From assembly GCA_043228905.1 (NCBI GenBank), contig JBHGNT010000007.1, positions 1,612,001 through 1,676,000 of the forward strand: a stretch of DNA of 64,000 bases, read 5' to 3'. A program made the position numbers and the translations under genes. The notes below the pieces were generated by a model. The model searched no databases. It was not told the origin of the DNA and saw only the letters and a list, made by a program, of their open reading frames with translations. The stretch is from Azolla caroliniana (taxonomy: Eukaryota > Plantae > Polypodiophyta). This document shows, piece by piece, positions 23,103 through 35,400 of this stretch (within the stretch, counting starts at the first letter, position 1; each line of letters begins with the position of its first letter).

Positions 23103-23936
23103 AGAGAGAGAGAGACCAACTTACCACTAGGGTAAGCAAATTACCCAAGCTTTATGTTGGTTATTTAGATTAATTCAAAAAGATGAAGAAAAGCTTTAGC
23201 TTCTCATTAGGTTATCCCATTGTGTATAGTTTTCATATCATGCTTAATCTTTGTTATATTTCTCGAATAAGTTGTGTGTGCATCATATACACGAACATAG
23301 AAATGTAGGGCACATTTTTATACTTAAATATAAAGTAAAGGGCAATTTGAGGTTGAAAGCATGAGAGGAAGTGTGGTCGTTAATGAGGGTAGATTATGTC
23401 AAAGGAACACACTCACGTATATAAATGCAAATCCACATGACATGAATAGTGTGTGAAACACAACTTTGCTAACACATGGATACTGTGAATCCATGCGATA
23501 CAACATATTGTCTAATATCTACCATATGAAGATTACTGAAATATGATAACATTATCCATATGACATATAACACATTCCAAATCATGTCGTTTCTTAAGCC
23601 ACATGCCATATCTCTATATACTGAATTCGCAACATCTCAAATTCCAAATAGTTGACAAAACCATCTTAACCATCAAGACAGTCATTCTAGTATTCTTTAT
23701 ATCATTCCAATTGTATCGTATATGTCCTCATGCTCCCACACACATCCTCTTCACTCATTATCTTCACAATGACTAGAACTTGGCTTAACAAAATGTTATT
23801 AATATCATAAGACAATTTTGACATCAATTTCACCTTAGAATGAATCAAAATAAGATACAAAATCAAAAAATTGAAGAGAAGTGTGTAAAAGTAGTATACA
23901 CACAATTATTATTAAATGGGCATCATAAATTAGACA

Positions 23937-24044
23937 TTATCTATGATTTCGATGACTTTGATGCTTTTTCCCGAGTTCCTTCACGATGACGGTCTCCAAC
24001 TTCTCTTGCAGGTCAACACCTTCCATGTGAGCCATGTTTGTTAT
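23937..24044 (-). CDS. bHLH gene exon 3 (ITNMAHMEGVDLQEKLETVIVKELGKKHQSHRNHR*)
   Basis: Acceptor TTGTTGTGAAG, phase 0, 108 nt ending in TAA. It completes the ACT-like domain (DLQEKL helix). Confidence 0.65.
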   Translation of the reverse strand: MTNMAHMEGVDLQEKLETVIVKELGKKHQSHRNHR

Positions 24045-26377
24045 CTTCACAACAAATAGATTAGTTGAATAAACAAGGAAATATTCAACAACGGGGTTGG
24101 TTTAAAGTGATGATTAATAGACATAGAGTTGCTTGATTGATTATTTCACTAAGCTTTTCTACATTCCTTTGTCCAAATACATTGAATGAAATTTGACAAT
24201 TAATAGAACCCTTACCTAGGTTCCTTAAGCTCCCTCACAATATTCACAAAACAAAAGCCAAAATAGACAACTATGGATAACGGACTACAAAAGCAAACAA
24301 TGATTGATGAAAATGTTTCATCCATTATGAATAAATGCTAACCAACCATAGGCTCAAAATGGTAAGCCCAAAAGGTAGGAAAAGAAGATTAATGTGCTAT
24401 TTTATTATATGCTTTGATGCAAGTGTATCTTTTTGAAATGGGCGACTTTGCATCGGACAAATATTGTGTGTGTTGTTTTGAATCTAAAGAGTGTGAGGCA
24501 CATGTTTTTTGATGGGTAAGGTTTCCTCGTAAGATATTGACAAAAATACTTGCTTTATGGAAACAATTGTCATAAGAATCTATACATGCCTACCGCAAAT
24601 TTGAGAAGGCAACAATATTATGACCATGTTCTAAGTTGCAAAAGAATATGATGCATTATAAAATATAACATAATTTAACAACTTACTAGATGTACTATTC
24701 CTGTACCTAATAAATCAAGTTTCCTTTTCATACATGAAACAAAAAAATTGTGCAAACGGAGGATATCTTTCTTTTGGATTTCCTCACCTTTTGTTTATGT
24801 TCCATATCAACCAAGCTAAACAATTCAAGTGGCATTTTCCTAAAAACCAAAGGTACGTAAATGGAAAGAGAACATTGAAGTTTCCTATTTTATGAAAAAT
24901 GATCAAAATGTTACAATCTACTTTTCCACAGTTACTGAAAATGCCACACTTTTTGACACGACTCCCAAAATAAATAAAATGCAGTGGTGTCATAATTAGA
25001 TCTAATTGTAATCATTATTACTAATGACCTTGAGATTAGTAATAGTTACATTATCACATGCTAGTTACTCTTGTAACTACAATAATTCAAATATAACACT
25101 AATCATGTCATGCCCATCACGAATCACTCCAAGAACAATAGTAATTGAATCATTAATCACATTATTTAATCGCATGCAATTGTATTTGACAACACAGAAT
25201 TGAATTGATGCATAATTAACCTACAGTGAAAACAAGCAAGTTTATCTAACTACATCTTTCCTCGGAGTAAATCAATGAACTTTGTAAATAAGATTTAGGC
25301 ACGTGAGGTATATCTACTTTTTGACTATGCATATTAGGCTCGATAGTGTAAAATTACCACGCACACGACCAAAATAAAACATTAAATTTTTATTTTCGGG
25401 AAAAGATAAATGATAGTCATAGAACATAGATGTATATTGTGAGTCACAAGAAAAGTCTCACATAGTCATATCAAGTTTCAACAATATTCTTTACTACAAA
25501 TGAAAATTGTGGGTCCCAAAATGTCCATCCTATCTTAATATTCTAGATGAAGGTTTCATGAATGTGTACATAATTCATTATGTAGATATCAAGGTTAAAC
25601 ACATTCAAACAAAGTAAATATGTGGACACTCAGATCTAAAGAGTCTAGACTCCTCAATAAATTTGAAGTTATTCAAGCCCACCCTATTGCTAGCATTCAA
25701 GACAATGTTGTCATCATTCACCAAAAGTTGACAATACTAGTTGAGTTCACAATAGGAAATAATGCTCTCCACTTAACGACCTTAGCAATTATGATGCAAT
25801 TATGATGTTCTTTACTTTAAAATGTGGAAAAGAAGTTGTTCCATTGATTACGAACAAAGTTCTTAACACTTGCATATACCTAACTTAGGATGTGGGGAGA
25901 TTTGGGTTCCAAAACCCATGGGTACACAAAGTCATCCTCGTCATCGACCAACTATTGATGTCATAACAACTTAGAACATTCTTACGATTGTTAACATATT
26001 GCATATTTGATTATGGTTGGAAATCCCTAAATATAATATTATAACCTTGTCCAACTTTTCACTTCACTTATAAAAAAGTTGTAGTTCAAGAGATATATTT
26101 CAAAGATTCACAATTCCAATCTAAGTTAAAACTCTACGGCATTTCAATGCTCTCATGTTGATCCATATATTGTTCACCTCTAGTTAACATTCTCACAAGA
26201 AGATCTAAGGAAAGGCTAACTTGTGCCTTCATATGATACTATATGTTCAAGCATTGAGTACTTACAACATTTGGATTAGTTCATAACACTAGTAGATGAA
26301 TGCAAAATCTCCAGTTGATTTAATCAAACATTTGAACTAATTATTAAAAGATAGAATTGACAATGGGAAAGCCTTAC

Positions 26378-26791
26378 CTTTCCATGGATGGAATGGAAAC
26401 TGCTATCCCCAATAGTGGTGAGGCTAGCATTGGAGATCTCAATGCTACATTTGTGAAGAAGCTTAAGGACCCCTGTCCACACACCTTTTCTCCTTGGAAT
26501 GTTGAGTGTGATGAAGACATTGGCACGGGAAAACCTCACAGTGACCTCAACCATCACTTCACCACCTACTTGCTTCGTAGCTGTTTCATGAGTACCTTCC
26601 ATAATATATGTCACATTGCAATTGTGAGTCCTCTCTTGTGTATTGAGTTCGTGGTTTGATTTGGTTGATACTATTTCTATCCCTAGGAGTGCCAATGTAT
26701 CTAGCTTCTTTTGCTCCAGCTCCTTGAGCACTCCACGAAGCGATTTTATGTATGTGATCACCTCAGTCAAGACAGTGATCCTATCGAGGTG
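26378..26791 (-). CDS. bHLH gene exon 2 (helix 2, coiled coil, ACT-like domain)
   Basis: Acceptor ACAG|CACCTCGAT and donor AAG|GTAAGG, 414 nt. HLDRITVLTEVITYIKSL...LKELEQKK...VFITLNIPRRKGVWTGVLKLLHK. Confidence 0.88.
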
Positions 26792-26825
26792 CTGTCATTC
26801 ACAATGACAATTTTAAAAAGAAATG

Positions 26826-26850
26826 GAGGGGGGGGGGGGGGGGGGGGGGG
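26826..26850. repeat. Poly-G run (poly-C on the gene's sense strand) near the exon 2 acceptor
   Basis: More than 20 consecutive G. Confidence 0.9.
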
Positions 26851-27473
26851 TTAAATAAATGAGGATATAAATCAAAGTAAACCATTAAAAACAATTTGGA
26901 TATATCCAAATAGAAATAGGAGTTTTTAGGCAACAATTAATAAATAAATGAAATTTATCATTGAAAGAAGTCTTGAGAGACAAATTTCCCCACTATTATT
27001 TCAAGAAAATTATGGATGTATAACACCTAAAGATTTATGACATGAATAATTATCGAGGTAAAGACCTTCAGCTAGAAGCTCATAATGTTGACAATACATA
27101 GGGAAAAACATGAGAAGTAGGGGTATTTTCGCAAGATAAAAGTCATCAAAGGAAGGGGGTAATGTCAAAAACATATACCAAAACTCTAAAGTCATGATAG
27201 AGATTTGAAACCATGACCTCTGAATCAATGAGAATGTTTAACTAATATCTAGATTCCCACCATGTGGTGGACAATGTAGATAAGGAGACATAAGGGAAAC
27301 TTAACGTGTTCCTTGTACATAGTTAGAAAATGTTAGGGTTGTTAATGTTGGATGTCAAAGAGAAACTCTGAGGGAAAATAGTGTATGCATCGCCTCACAT
27401 ATATTTGACATGCCTTTAGCTAACTAAACACGATTTATAAATTTTACTAACATGGGTTCTTATAGGGAACTAG

Positions 27474-27607
27474 TTTTTTTTTTTTTCCCAAAATGAAGCT
27501 ACTTTCCCATTAGTTACGAAGGATTATTACAAAGAGACTGTACAAGGAGGCTTAAACATAGATCGGGGAATCTCCCTCCAATCAAGTTCAAGAAAATGAG
27601 ACTAGTT
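27474..27607 (-). mobile_element. Short L1 3'-end insertion with poly(A) and imperfect TSD in bHLH intron 1
   Basis: Reverse complement of about 54667-54790. Flanked by TATAGGGAACTAG and TATAGGGGGCTAG. Confidence 0.85.
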
Positions 27608-27779
27608 ATAGGGGGCTAGTTAACTTCTTGGGCATGAACTCTACAACCAATAGAGTGGACCTTTTAACACATAATAAATTTGTCTCTAACTCCTCAATTA
27701 ATTCACACATGTTTCATAAAGGAGGAGGTAGGGCACACAAGTTTGGGAGTTGACATGCATGTAATCTACAATATGATAA

Positions 27780-28290
27780 TCAATGCGTATAATGAACCAT
27801 CTTATCACTAAGAAGACCTATCCATGCATGTAACACCATAAAATGTAAAATGTTGCCCACCTTATCACTAATAAGATTTATCCATGCATGTAAAATGATA
27901 ATATGTAATGGGTATCATTGTCATGAATTTGTTGCATATTCATTAATGAGATTTGATTAACTACGCACATGATTCATGCACACGATAATATCTATGCATA
28001 TCATTAACGATTAATAACATCTATCCATGCATGTAAATTGATAATATATGATAGGCATCATTGACATGAATTTGCATCTTGGTGAATGAGTTTTAATTAA
28101 CTATGAAAATGGTTCATGCATAAAATAATCTCAAAGCATATCATGAACCAATGATAAGATCTATCCATGAATGTAACATGATAATATGCAATGGGTATCA
28201 TCATTATGCATGATTTTTTGTAATATGTAATTAACATGATTTTGCATGTTGGTTGATGAGATTTGATTAACTTAGAACAAGATTATTCAT
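27780..28290. repeat. Degenerate tandem repeats in bHLH intron 1
   Basis: TATCCATGCATGTAA(C/A)ATGATAATATG recurs at about 27819, 27879, 28022 and 28162. Confidence 0.7.
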
Positions 28291-28363
28291 GCCAATGACA
28301 ATCTAGTTCAGTACTTAAGGGATCTAAGTTGGTGAAATATTACGAAAAACGATGATTCATTAC

Positions 28364-29443
28364 TTTGCGGTGAAGCTTGGGGATGAGAGATTGTAAGATG
28401 GTAAACGATTCTCGCATGCTCTTGCGGCGATGCCGCTCCGAGAGAATGTGGGCCTCTCTTGTCGACAAACCCTCCTCTCCGGCATTAGGTGAAGGTTTGG
28501 GTCTACGTACATTGGACCTCACAGACGTAGTGTCATTATGATCATGGGGGTACTCAAGTTTGATCCTTTTAGGGTGATCACCAACACCATCATTATCATC
28601 ATCATCATTATCAATATTATTGTCATGGTTTTTACTAGGGCATGCCTTAGGCCTCCTTACTATGATAACATTAGAAATTGGAGGCTTCACTTCAATCACA
28701 CCCTCAAATTCTTCTTCTCCTAGTCTTTTTTTTTCTTTAGCCTTTTCTTTTAGCCAACCTCTTGGTATAGTAGGGCCATTTTTAGGTGCAATTGGAGCAC
28801 CCATACCGTAATGGTACAAAGACTTTTCTTCTTCTTTTTCTTTGCTAATTTGAGTGTTTAGGGCATACCCATGATCACCATCTCTAGATGTGGCTATATT
28901 TGGAGGGTTGATACTACTACTATTTGAGACATAAGTTACTCCATCATCACCATTAGTGAACCACCACCCATCATGGTCTTTGGCTACACTTGGTGGAGGA
29001 CCCCTTTTGTCCACACAAGAAGCTACTTTAGCCGCACTAGCTCTATTGTAGCTCCTCGAGATGAAGCTAGCGGAAGAGTTCAGGTTATAAGAAGCAGACT
29101 TGGACATGTTAAGAGTGGAGGAGAAGGATGGGAGGGCAGAGACAACTGCAGAGAGCTTCAGAACAGAGGTGTATTGGGAAGAGTTTTCAGTGATCAATGT
29201 AGCCTGGTCAAGAGGTGGGGAACCTCTCTTGTTCTGACTGTTATTATTATGAGGAGGGAGAGAGGAAGAAGAATCAGAGATCTCTGGCTCTTGTTGGGTT
29301 GAGGGAGAATTGAACCATGGCACATCCGTTTTAGGATTGTTACTATGAGTAGAAGCTATCATGGTACACCAGTAGTCCTCATCAATGTTGAGATAGTGAT
29401 GATCTGCATCAGAGGATAGGTTGAGGTAGGAATCAGGATCCAT
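28364..29443 (-). CDS. bHLH transcription factor exon 1 (ZHOUPI/bHLH95-like, subfamily Ib); predicted protein about 533 aa
   Basis: REAHILSERHRRKSMRESFTILQSLIP basic region and helix 1 with H-E-R residues. Donor AAA|GTAATG in the loop, a conserved plant bHLH intron position. (CT)n upstream of the ATG. Confidence 0.9.
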
Positions 29444-29496
29444 TGCAGGGGAAGCAGGGAAGAGGAGGGAACAGAGTGTAAGGACAATGTATCAAT

Positions 29497-29540
<44 letters not shown>

Positions 29541-29625
29541 ACAAGAAGGAAGGAGAAGTTATTGAGCCATTGCCATGAATGAGACTTAATGAGCTTGTAT
29601 GTTTGAGAGGGTTTTAATGAGTGAG

Positions 29626-29657
<32 letters not shown>

Positions 29658-29670
29658 CGAGAGAGAGATT

Positions 29671-29759
29671 GCCTACATGGATCTAGCTCAATTGGTAAGG
29701 TTAGCCCAATGGAGACAAGCAGGTCATGGGCTCGAGTCTCTACTACATTCCTCTCTAGT
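29671..29759 (+). mobile_element. tRNA-derived SINE-like unit (same family as 22915 and 23021), preceded by (GA)n
   Basis: GGATCTAGCTCAATTGGTAAGGTTAGCCCAATGGAGAC...GGTCATGGGCTCGAGTC...CTACATTCC. Confidence 0.65.
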
Positions 29760-29800
29760 AAATAAAAAGATATCTATGGAAGTAATAGAGACGTCACAAA

Positions 29801-30338
29801 ATTGGGTCTTCGAACCTAGCACACAGTGCTAGTAGTGTAATGACTTACCATTAGGGTAATTACTATAATAAGATATATATATATATAGAGGGGGGGTTAT
29901 TACTATAAAAAGAGAGAGATATACACATTACCATCTTTTTACCCAAGCCTAGCATGGCCATGGTACCCAAACAAGTGATTGCATCTTACAAATGTTGTCT
30001 CCTCGTCTTGGCCTCGGCGAAAGAAACCAAAAATAAGTATATAACAGACTAGTAAAAGTGCCCAAGGATTACTGGACGGAAAGCTTTTGCCTTTTGAAAT
30101 GTCCCCCAACTCTCGTTGATTTAAGATGGAAGGGTCTTTAAAGATAAGGATACGCTTTTGGTGAATACATAGATATATTTTAAACTTCCTCAGAGACAGA
30201 TTGTGATCTATTATAGAGAGAGGGAGAGAGAGACAAAAAAAAGTGATGACATTCCGATGATGGTGTTAAAACATGTTTTTGATGTAACGTTGCCCTCAGA
30301 CTTTTGGGATTTTTGGCTCGTTGCAGTTTCGTGGTGTC

Positions 30339-30385
<47 letters not shown>

Positions 30386-30500
30386 TTCCAGAGTGGCATC
30401 TAATGAAATAGAGATATATATAATAGAGAGGTGAGAAAATTGGGTTTTGAACCTAAGACACAGTGCTTGTAATATTATCGACTTACCACTAGGGTAAGCT
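29801..30500 (-). mobile_element. Second tRNA-like SINE family: copies at 29801-29860 and 30440-30500 (fragment also at 23118-23146)
   Basis: The reverse complement reads TACCCTA(A/G)TGGTAAGTC...AGCACTGTGT...AGGTTC(G/A)AA. Copies lie among GA/AT runs. Confidence 0.55.
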
Positions 30501-30507
30501 AATTACG

Positions 30508-30555
<48 letters not shown>

Positions 30556-30558
<3 letters not shown>

Positions 30559-31274
30559 GACTACTAATCTTTTGTATCATTGCTCTGTTGAGTCTCTTGG
30601 ATGACTATCATCTAAGGTTGAAGAAGAATGGAAAATACACAAATCTGATCATGGGTGGTGGCAGATCTTACAACGTAGTTGGCATTCTAAATTGCCACTT
30701 GTAGCAAAGTTCTTCATTTGGAGAGTTTTGATTGGAGGATTGCCTTTGAGATTAGCTTTAAAGCGTCGTGGACTAGCAAGGGGTAATTGCTTTTTTTGCA
30801 TTGTTCAAATGGAACATAGTACTCATTGATTTATACAATGTCTGATTGCTTGTCAGATTTGGAGTTACATTTCTCAAATTTGGCAAGTTTGATCACGATA
30901 TTATTTGACACCTAGACAATGGGTGTTTGCACAATTTACACAGGTTGACCCAAAATCAGAGATGGAGATCGTTTTTCTATTTCTGAGATATTGGGGATTG
31001 TGTCATAATTGGAACATGCGCAACACTTTTGTATTCGATGGTAGACATGGAGTGAAAGCATATCTACGAAAGTTGAAGGGAGTACTAATGTGACAATTTT
31101 CTTTATTGGAACAAGTGGAGATTCTTTCCTCAGTGGAATGTTCATCTTGCCTATTGGCAATTCAACATGTTCCACTACCCATGTAGTGTAGTTAGTGGGT
31201 GACCATACTCCATTGTCACACCCATTGTAAGTAGTGTTTTTTACACACATTTATTTATATAATTGCGGGTAGTT
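30556..31274 (+). mobile_element. 5'-truncated L1/Tx1-like LINE 3' end (zf-RVT remnant) within (GA)n
   Basis: KFFIWRVLIGGLP...CFFC...EHSTH.FIQC...FLRYWGLCHNWNMRN, with stops. (GA)n on both sides. Confidence 0.8.
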
Positions 31275-31297
31275 AGAGAGAGAGAGAGAGAGAGAGA

Positions 31298-31580
31298 TTA
31301 TATTATCATTTTCGGAGGTCAAATATGACCTATGAGACCAAAAATATTACATTTCACGTGATACATGTGAAAGTGAGTAGTGACTCTTGATGTTCAAGAA
31401 CTTTACCAATGAATGTTGCAATCGAGAGTGCACATTGTGGTTGTGAGAGGAATTCATGCAAGGATTGGGCTTGGTCGAAGAGATGTGGAAAGCATGGTCG
31501 AATATGATCAATAGGCAACACATTGTATCAAAGTGTGATACTCAGACTCGCAAACTTGTTTAGGACAAAGTGTGCATAGC

Positions 31581-31582
<2 letters not shown>
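31298..31582 (-). mobile_element. RTEX/L2-like LINE 3' end within (GA)n, i.e. (TC)n on its sense strand
   Basis: Reverse complement of about 39322-39606. RLCTLCPKQVCESEYHTLIQC. 3' end GATAATATAA|TCTCTC. Confidence 0.85.
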
Positions 31583-31676
<94 letters not shown>

Positions 31677-31678
<2 letters not shown>

Positions 31679-32428
31679 ACGAATGTTGCTTATCACAAGT
31701 TGATTGACAAACATAAATGGTTGGAAGAAAGGGTTATAAAGATATGGGGTTTTCATAAGCCCATTACTTGGTGGTTTCATGTGATCAAGGTAGGTTGGTG
31801 TTCTCGATTGATGCTACGAGCCAAGGTATTTATTTGGAGAGTTATGGTTGGAGCTTTACCATTAGGGGATGCATTAAAAAGAAGAAACATTACTAAAGGA
31901 TTGTGTTTCTTTTGTTCGGTGGAATTGGAACATAGTAGGCATCGATTTATTTCATGCCCGATGGCAAGGATGGTTTGGAGGTGTATCCGTTTAGTGTGGA
32001 TGTCTCTAACAGGAGTAAGTCTATCTTCCTTTAGTTGGGTTTTTGCACATATGGAGAACAATGAACCGATGCCTCATTTTCAAATTATTTTTGAGTTCTT
32101 GAGGTATTGGGGGCTATGGTTCAATTGGAATATGCGGAATGCCTTCCTTTTTGATTCACAAGTTGGGGTGAGAAAATATGGTCTTAAGTTAAAAGGACTT
32201 CTTTTGTGGCAATTGACAGTGTTAGAGAAGTCACAAAATCTCAACCAAGAAGAGAGAGAACTCTGCAAGGTCACATATCATCATATTTGCCATATGAATT
32301 GGTGTGTAGGGTGGCATTGAGTTTGATGTCGTAGTTTTCTTTAGATCCCTAGATAGAAGGGGTTCTATAGTTTGTTGTAAGTTAGTCATGGTGGTGTTTT
32401 TTCTTTCGTAATGAAAGCCATTATTTAC
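31677..32428 (+). mobile_element. 5'-truncated L1/Tx1-like LINE 3' end (zf-RVT) within (GA)n
   Basis: ORF 31700-32320: KVFIWRVMVGALP...CFFCSVELEHSRHRFISC...WNMRN. (GA)n on the left and degenerate GA on the right. Confidence 0.85.
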
Positions 32429-35400
32429 GAAAAGAGCTAGAGAGAGAGTCTATCATCAATATAATTTTTTCACATCTAAAAAGGTTTTAGAGATATATTG
32501 AGAAAGTTTTGAGAGAAAAACTTTACTTGTGCACACAAAATTGCCCGTCTCTTTTTGAGAAGCTTTTCAATTAAGCTAAGGGTGATGTCCTCATTTCTTC
32601 AATTTAGGAATTTGGTAGATCGATGATTACGAGATGGGCAAAGAAAGCATATTTGTCAAGAGAAACAAAAGGGTCTTTAGTTGCTAATAGTCCCAATAGT
32701 CTAAGGAAAAAAAAGCTAGTACAGAAACAAAGTTGGGCAAAACAAGTTAAAAAACATGTCATTAGTTGTCTTGGTGGAACCATGCCACTATGTACGGGTG
32801 GGATGGACGTAGATTGTTGGTGAAACCTAGCTAACACATGGATAATGTGAATCCACGTAACATGTAACATGTGTCGGGCCCGTTGATGTGGTATTCTAGT
32901 GTCATGAGTGATCTCTACTTTAGAAGGTACACGAGGCTACTTATTTATATGAAGAAAGTGAAATCTAGTAAACATGATCTATATGCCATTTTGTAATATA
33001 TGCGTACCCCATCGATAGGCTTGAGTATTAATCTCTATTTTAGAAAGTGTATATCAATGTTAGTCATTTGCAGGAAGTTGATGCAATCTAATACATTAGA
33101 GTATAAGTGGATAGCTTGAGATAGAGGAAGTCCATCTCCATTGAAGCATTAGGTAGTATTGCAAGGCAACATGATGCCTGTTCATCCACATGCACATACA
33201 TCTTGGTGGGACTTGAAGTCAATACCTCATGGAACTAATTTCCTTTGTGTTGAGGTTGAGGCTTTATAACATGAATGCCACACAACATTATGGGTGGCGT
33301 GGGAGAATTTCTTGTCCAAAGGCTTTTCATACATAAACAATTGTGTGAAGAGATATGGTTTCAGGTAGGACAACCATTGCTTGACTAATAAAGCCGGCAT
33401 CAATAAAATTTGAAACCTTAAGGAACTACTAATTGCAACTTTCGCATGGAGGCAAAGTAATAATGATTGCAAGCAAAGAAATTTGGGAAAACAAAATGGC
33501 TATGCATTTGGTTTTGGTTATAATACAAATATAATACGTATATGGTATCATACATTGTAAATAGAATCTGCGACAAAGGTGTGAAAGATGCGAGTGGCAC
33601 CAAACTTGGACTAGGAAAGTTGGCTTTGGTTTTGGTAAGTATGTGTGCGAGAAAATGTGATGTAGTGGGTCCTCTACGTGAATTATGATTCTATTTGACA
33701 CATATATGTAAGTGTGCAAGATTATATGTGTTTCAGTGAAGGTAAACTGATGCAATTTGTGTTTGTTATAAATGTGAATGCAAAGTTGTATGTGTGTGCA
33801 CTGGTGGATATATTTGAGTATGAGTGCACATTCAAATGTGTTTGTATCGAATTATGAAAGTATATGTAAATTTGTAAGTGTTTTTGGTGTGCTTATGCCT
33901 GTGTTTTTGTTGGCATGAGAACAAGTGAGCCCATTCGACGTTCAAATGTGTATGTGTCATCGTGGAGTTAATTGTGTGAGTGGGATTATGTTTGCATGCA
34001 TGTGTGTGATTGTGTTTATGCTTTTGTGATTATCTTTAGATGTGCATATGTGTGTATTTGTTTATAATTTTGGTGGGTATGTAGACTTTAGGACATAGTA
34101 TTTGTATATAGGTACATTTTGTTGGAAATTCAAGGTGTTTGGGGAACACAAAGTCTCCTCCCCCCCGCCCGTTATAGTGTTAGATATGGTGATAGAGGTA
34201 GAGGGTTTAAACGTTCCTTGTATTGTGAAACCTAGGATCAACATTGAGCCTAAGCCCAAGAGAAGGACTCACGATGTTATCCAATGTAGGCAATGACACA
34301 ATTTCCAACAATGCTTATCACTTCTTGAGTTGCTCCTCCATCTTGTCATGTGGAGGAACACACACATGGTAGAACTCATCAAGTCTTATCATGCAAGTTC
34401 TACATGGTAGAACTTGTTAGGTTCTATCATGGTGAGTTCCTATGATAGAACTCTTTGGGTTCTATCGTGTGGGCTCCACATGACAAAATTCCACGAATTT
34501 ATCGTATGCTAAAATATTTGTCCTCATGTTCGTATTTACTGCATGCTTCATTTTCTCCATCTCCACTTATACTTTGTAAAACATCTTTCCTCCTTATCAC
34601 CTTTGGTGGAGCTACGTTGTAATATTTCCTCGATATTCTTCTCACATTTTCTTTTGTTAATCACTTTAACTACATTGCCAACCAACTATATTTGTATAAC
34701 TTGACTTTTAGATGTTTTTCCTTTTGCATACAACACATCATGACAATGTCTTACCATTGAGTTTTGGTTTTAGATATTCCAAATCAACACTAGTTGTGTA
34801 CCTCTATTGGTTTCCCTTCTTTGTGGCATTGTACACATCATGTAATAGTATAATTTCTTGATTCATTCCCACTATTTCCTATTCTCATGTTCATACTTTT
34901 TTGGTCTTCTGTTTATGGTTTCATAATTGTTTGAACTAGAGTCTTCTTAGCCAATTTTGATCTCTTATGGAGTGATGATCGGTTCATTGAGTTGTGTAGA
35001 AGTTTATGCCTATAATGTTATTGTAAAATTTAGACACCAATTTCTCAAATATGCTAACGATTAGATATTGCAAATACTCAACTTTGAGAGAAGACATGTT
35101 TGGTTTCAACATCCAACCCTCTAGGATTTTTTGAATAAGATTCAATTGGTGGTACAATTACAACTCACAAATAAGCAAGGAATCAAGGTCCAATGGGCTT
35201 GGTCAAATTCCTTCTTATGGGATAGATTCTTAATTGGTTTAAGTCATTGATTGAAAATGAGCTTAATAGTTCCAAGCTTTTGCAACCTTCGAAAAACATC
35301 ACATGGCTTATTTTGGGGACATTATAGATATATCATGATAGACATTGGTAGATATATTTTGAGGCAAGTATCAAATTAATCAAGTGAATTTTATGCAAGG

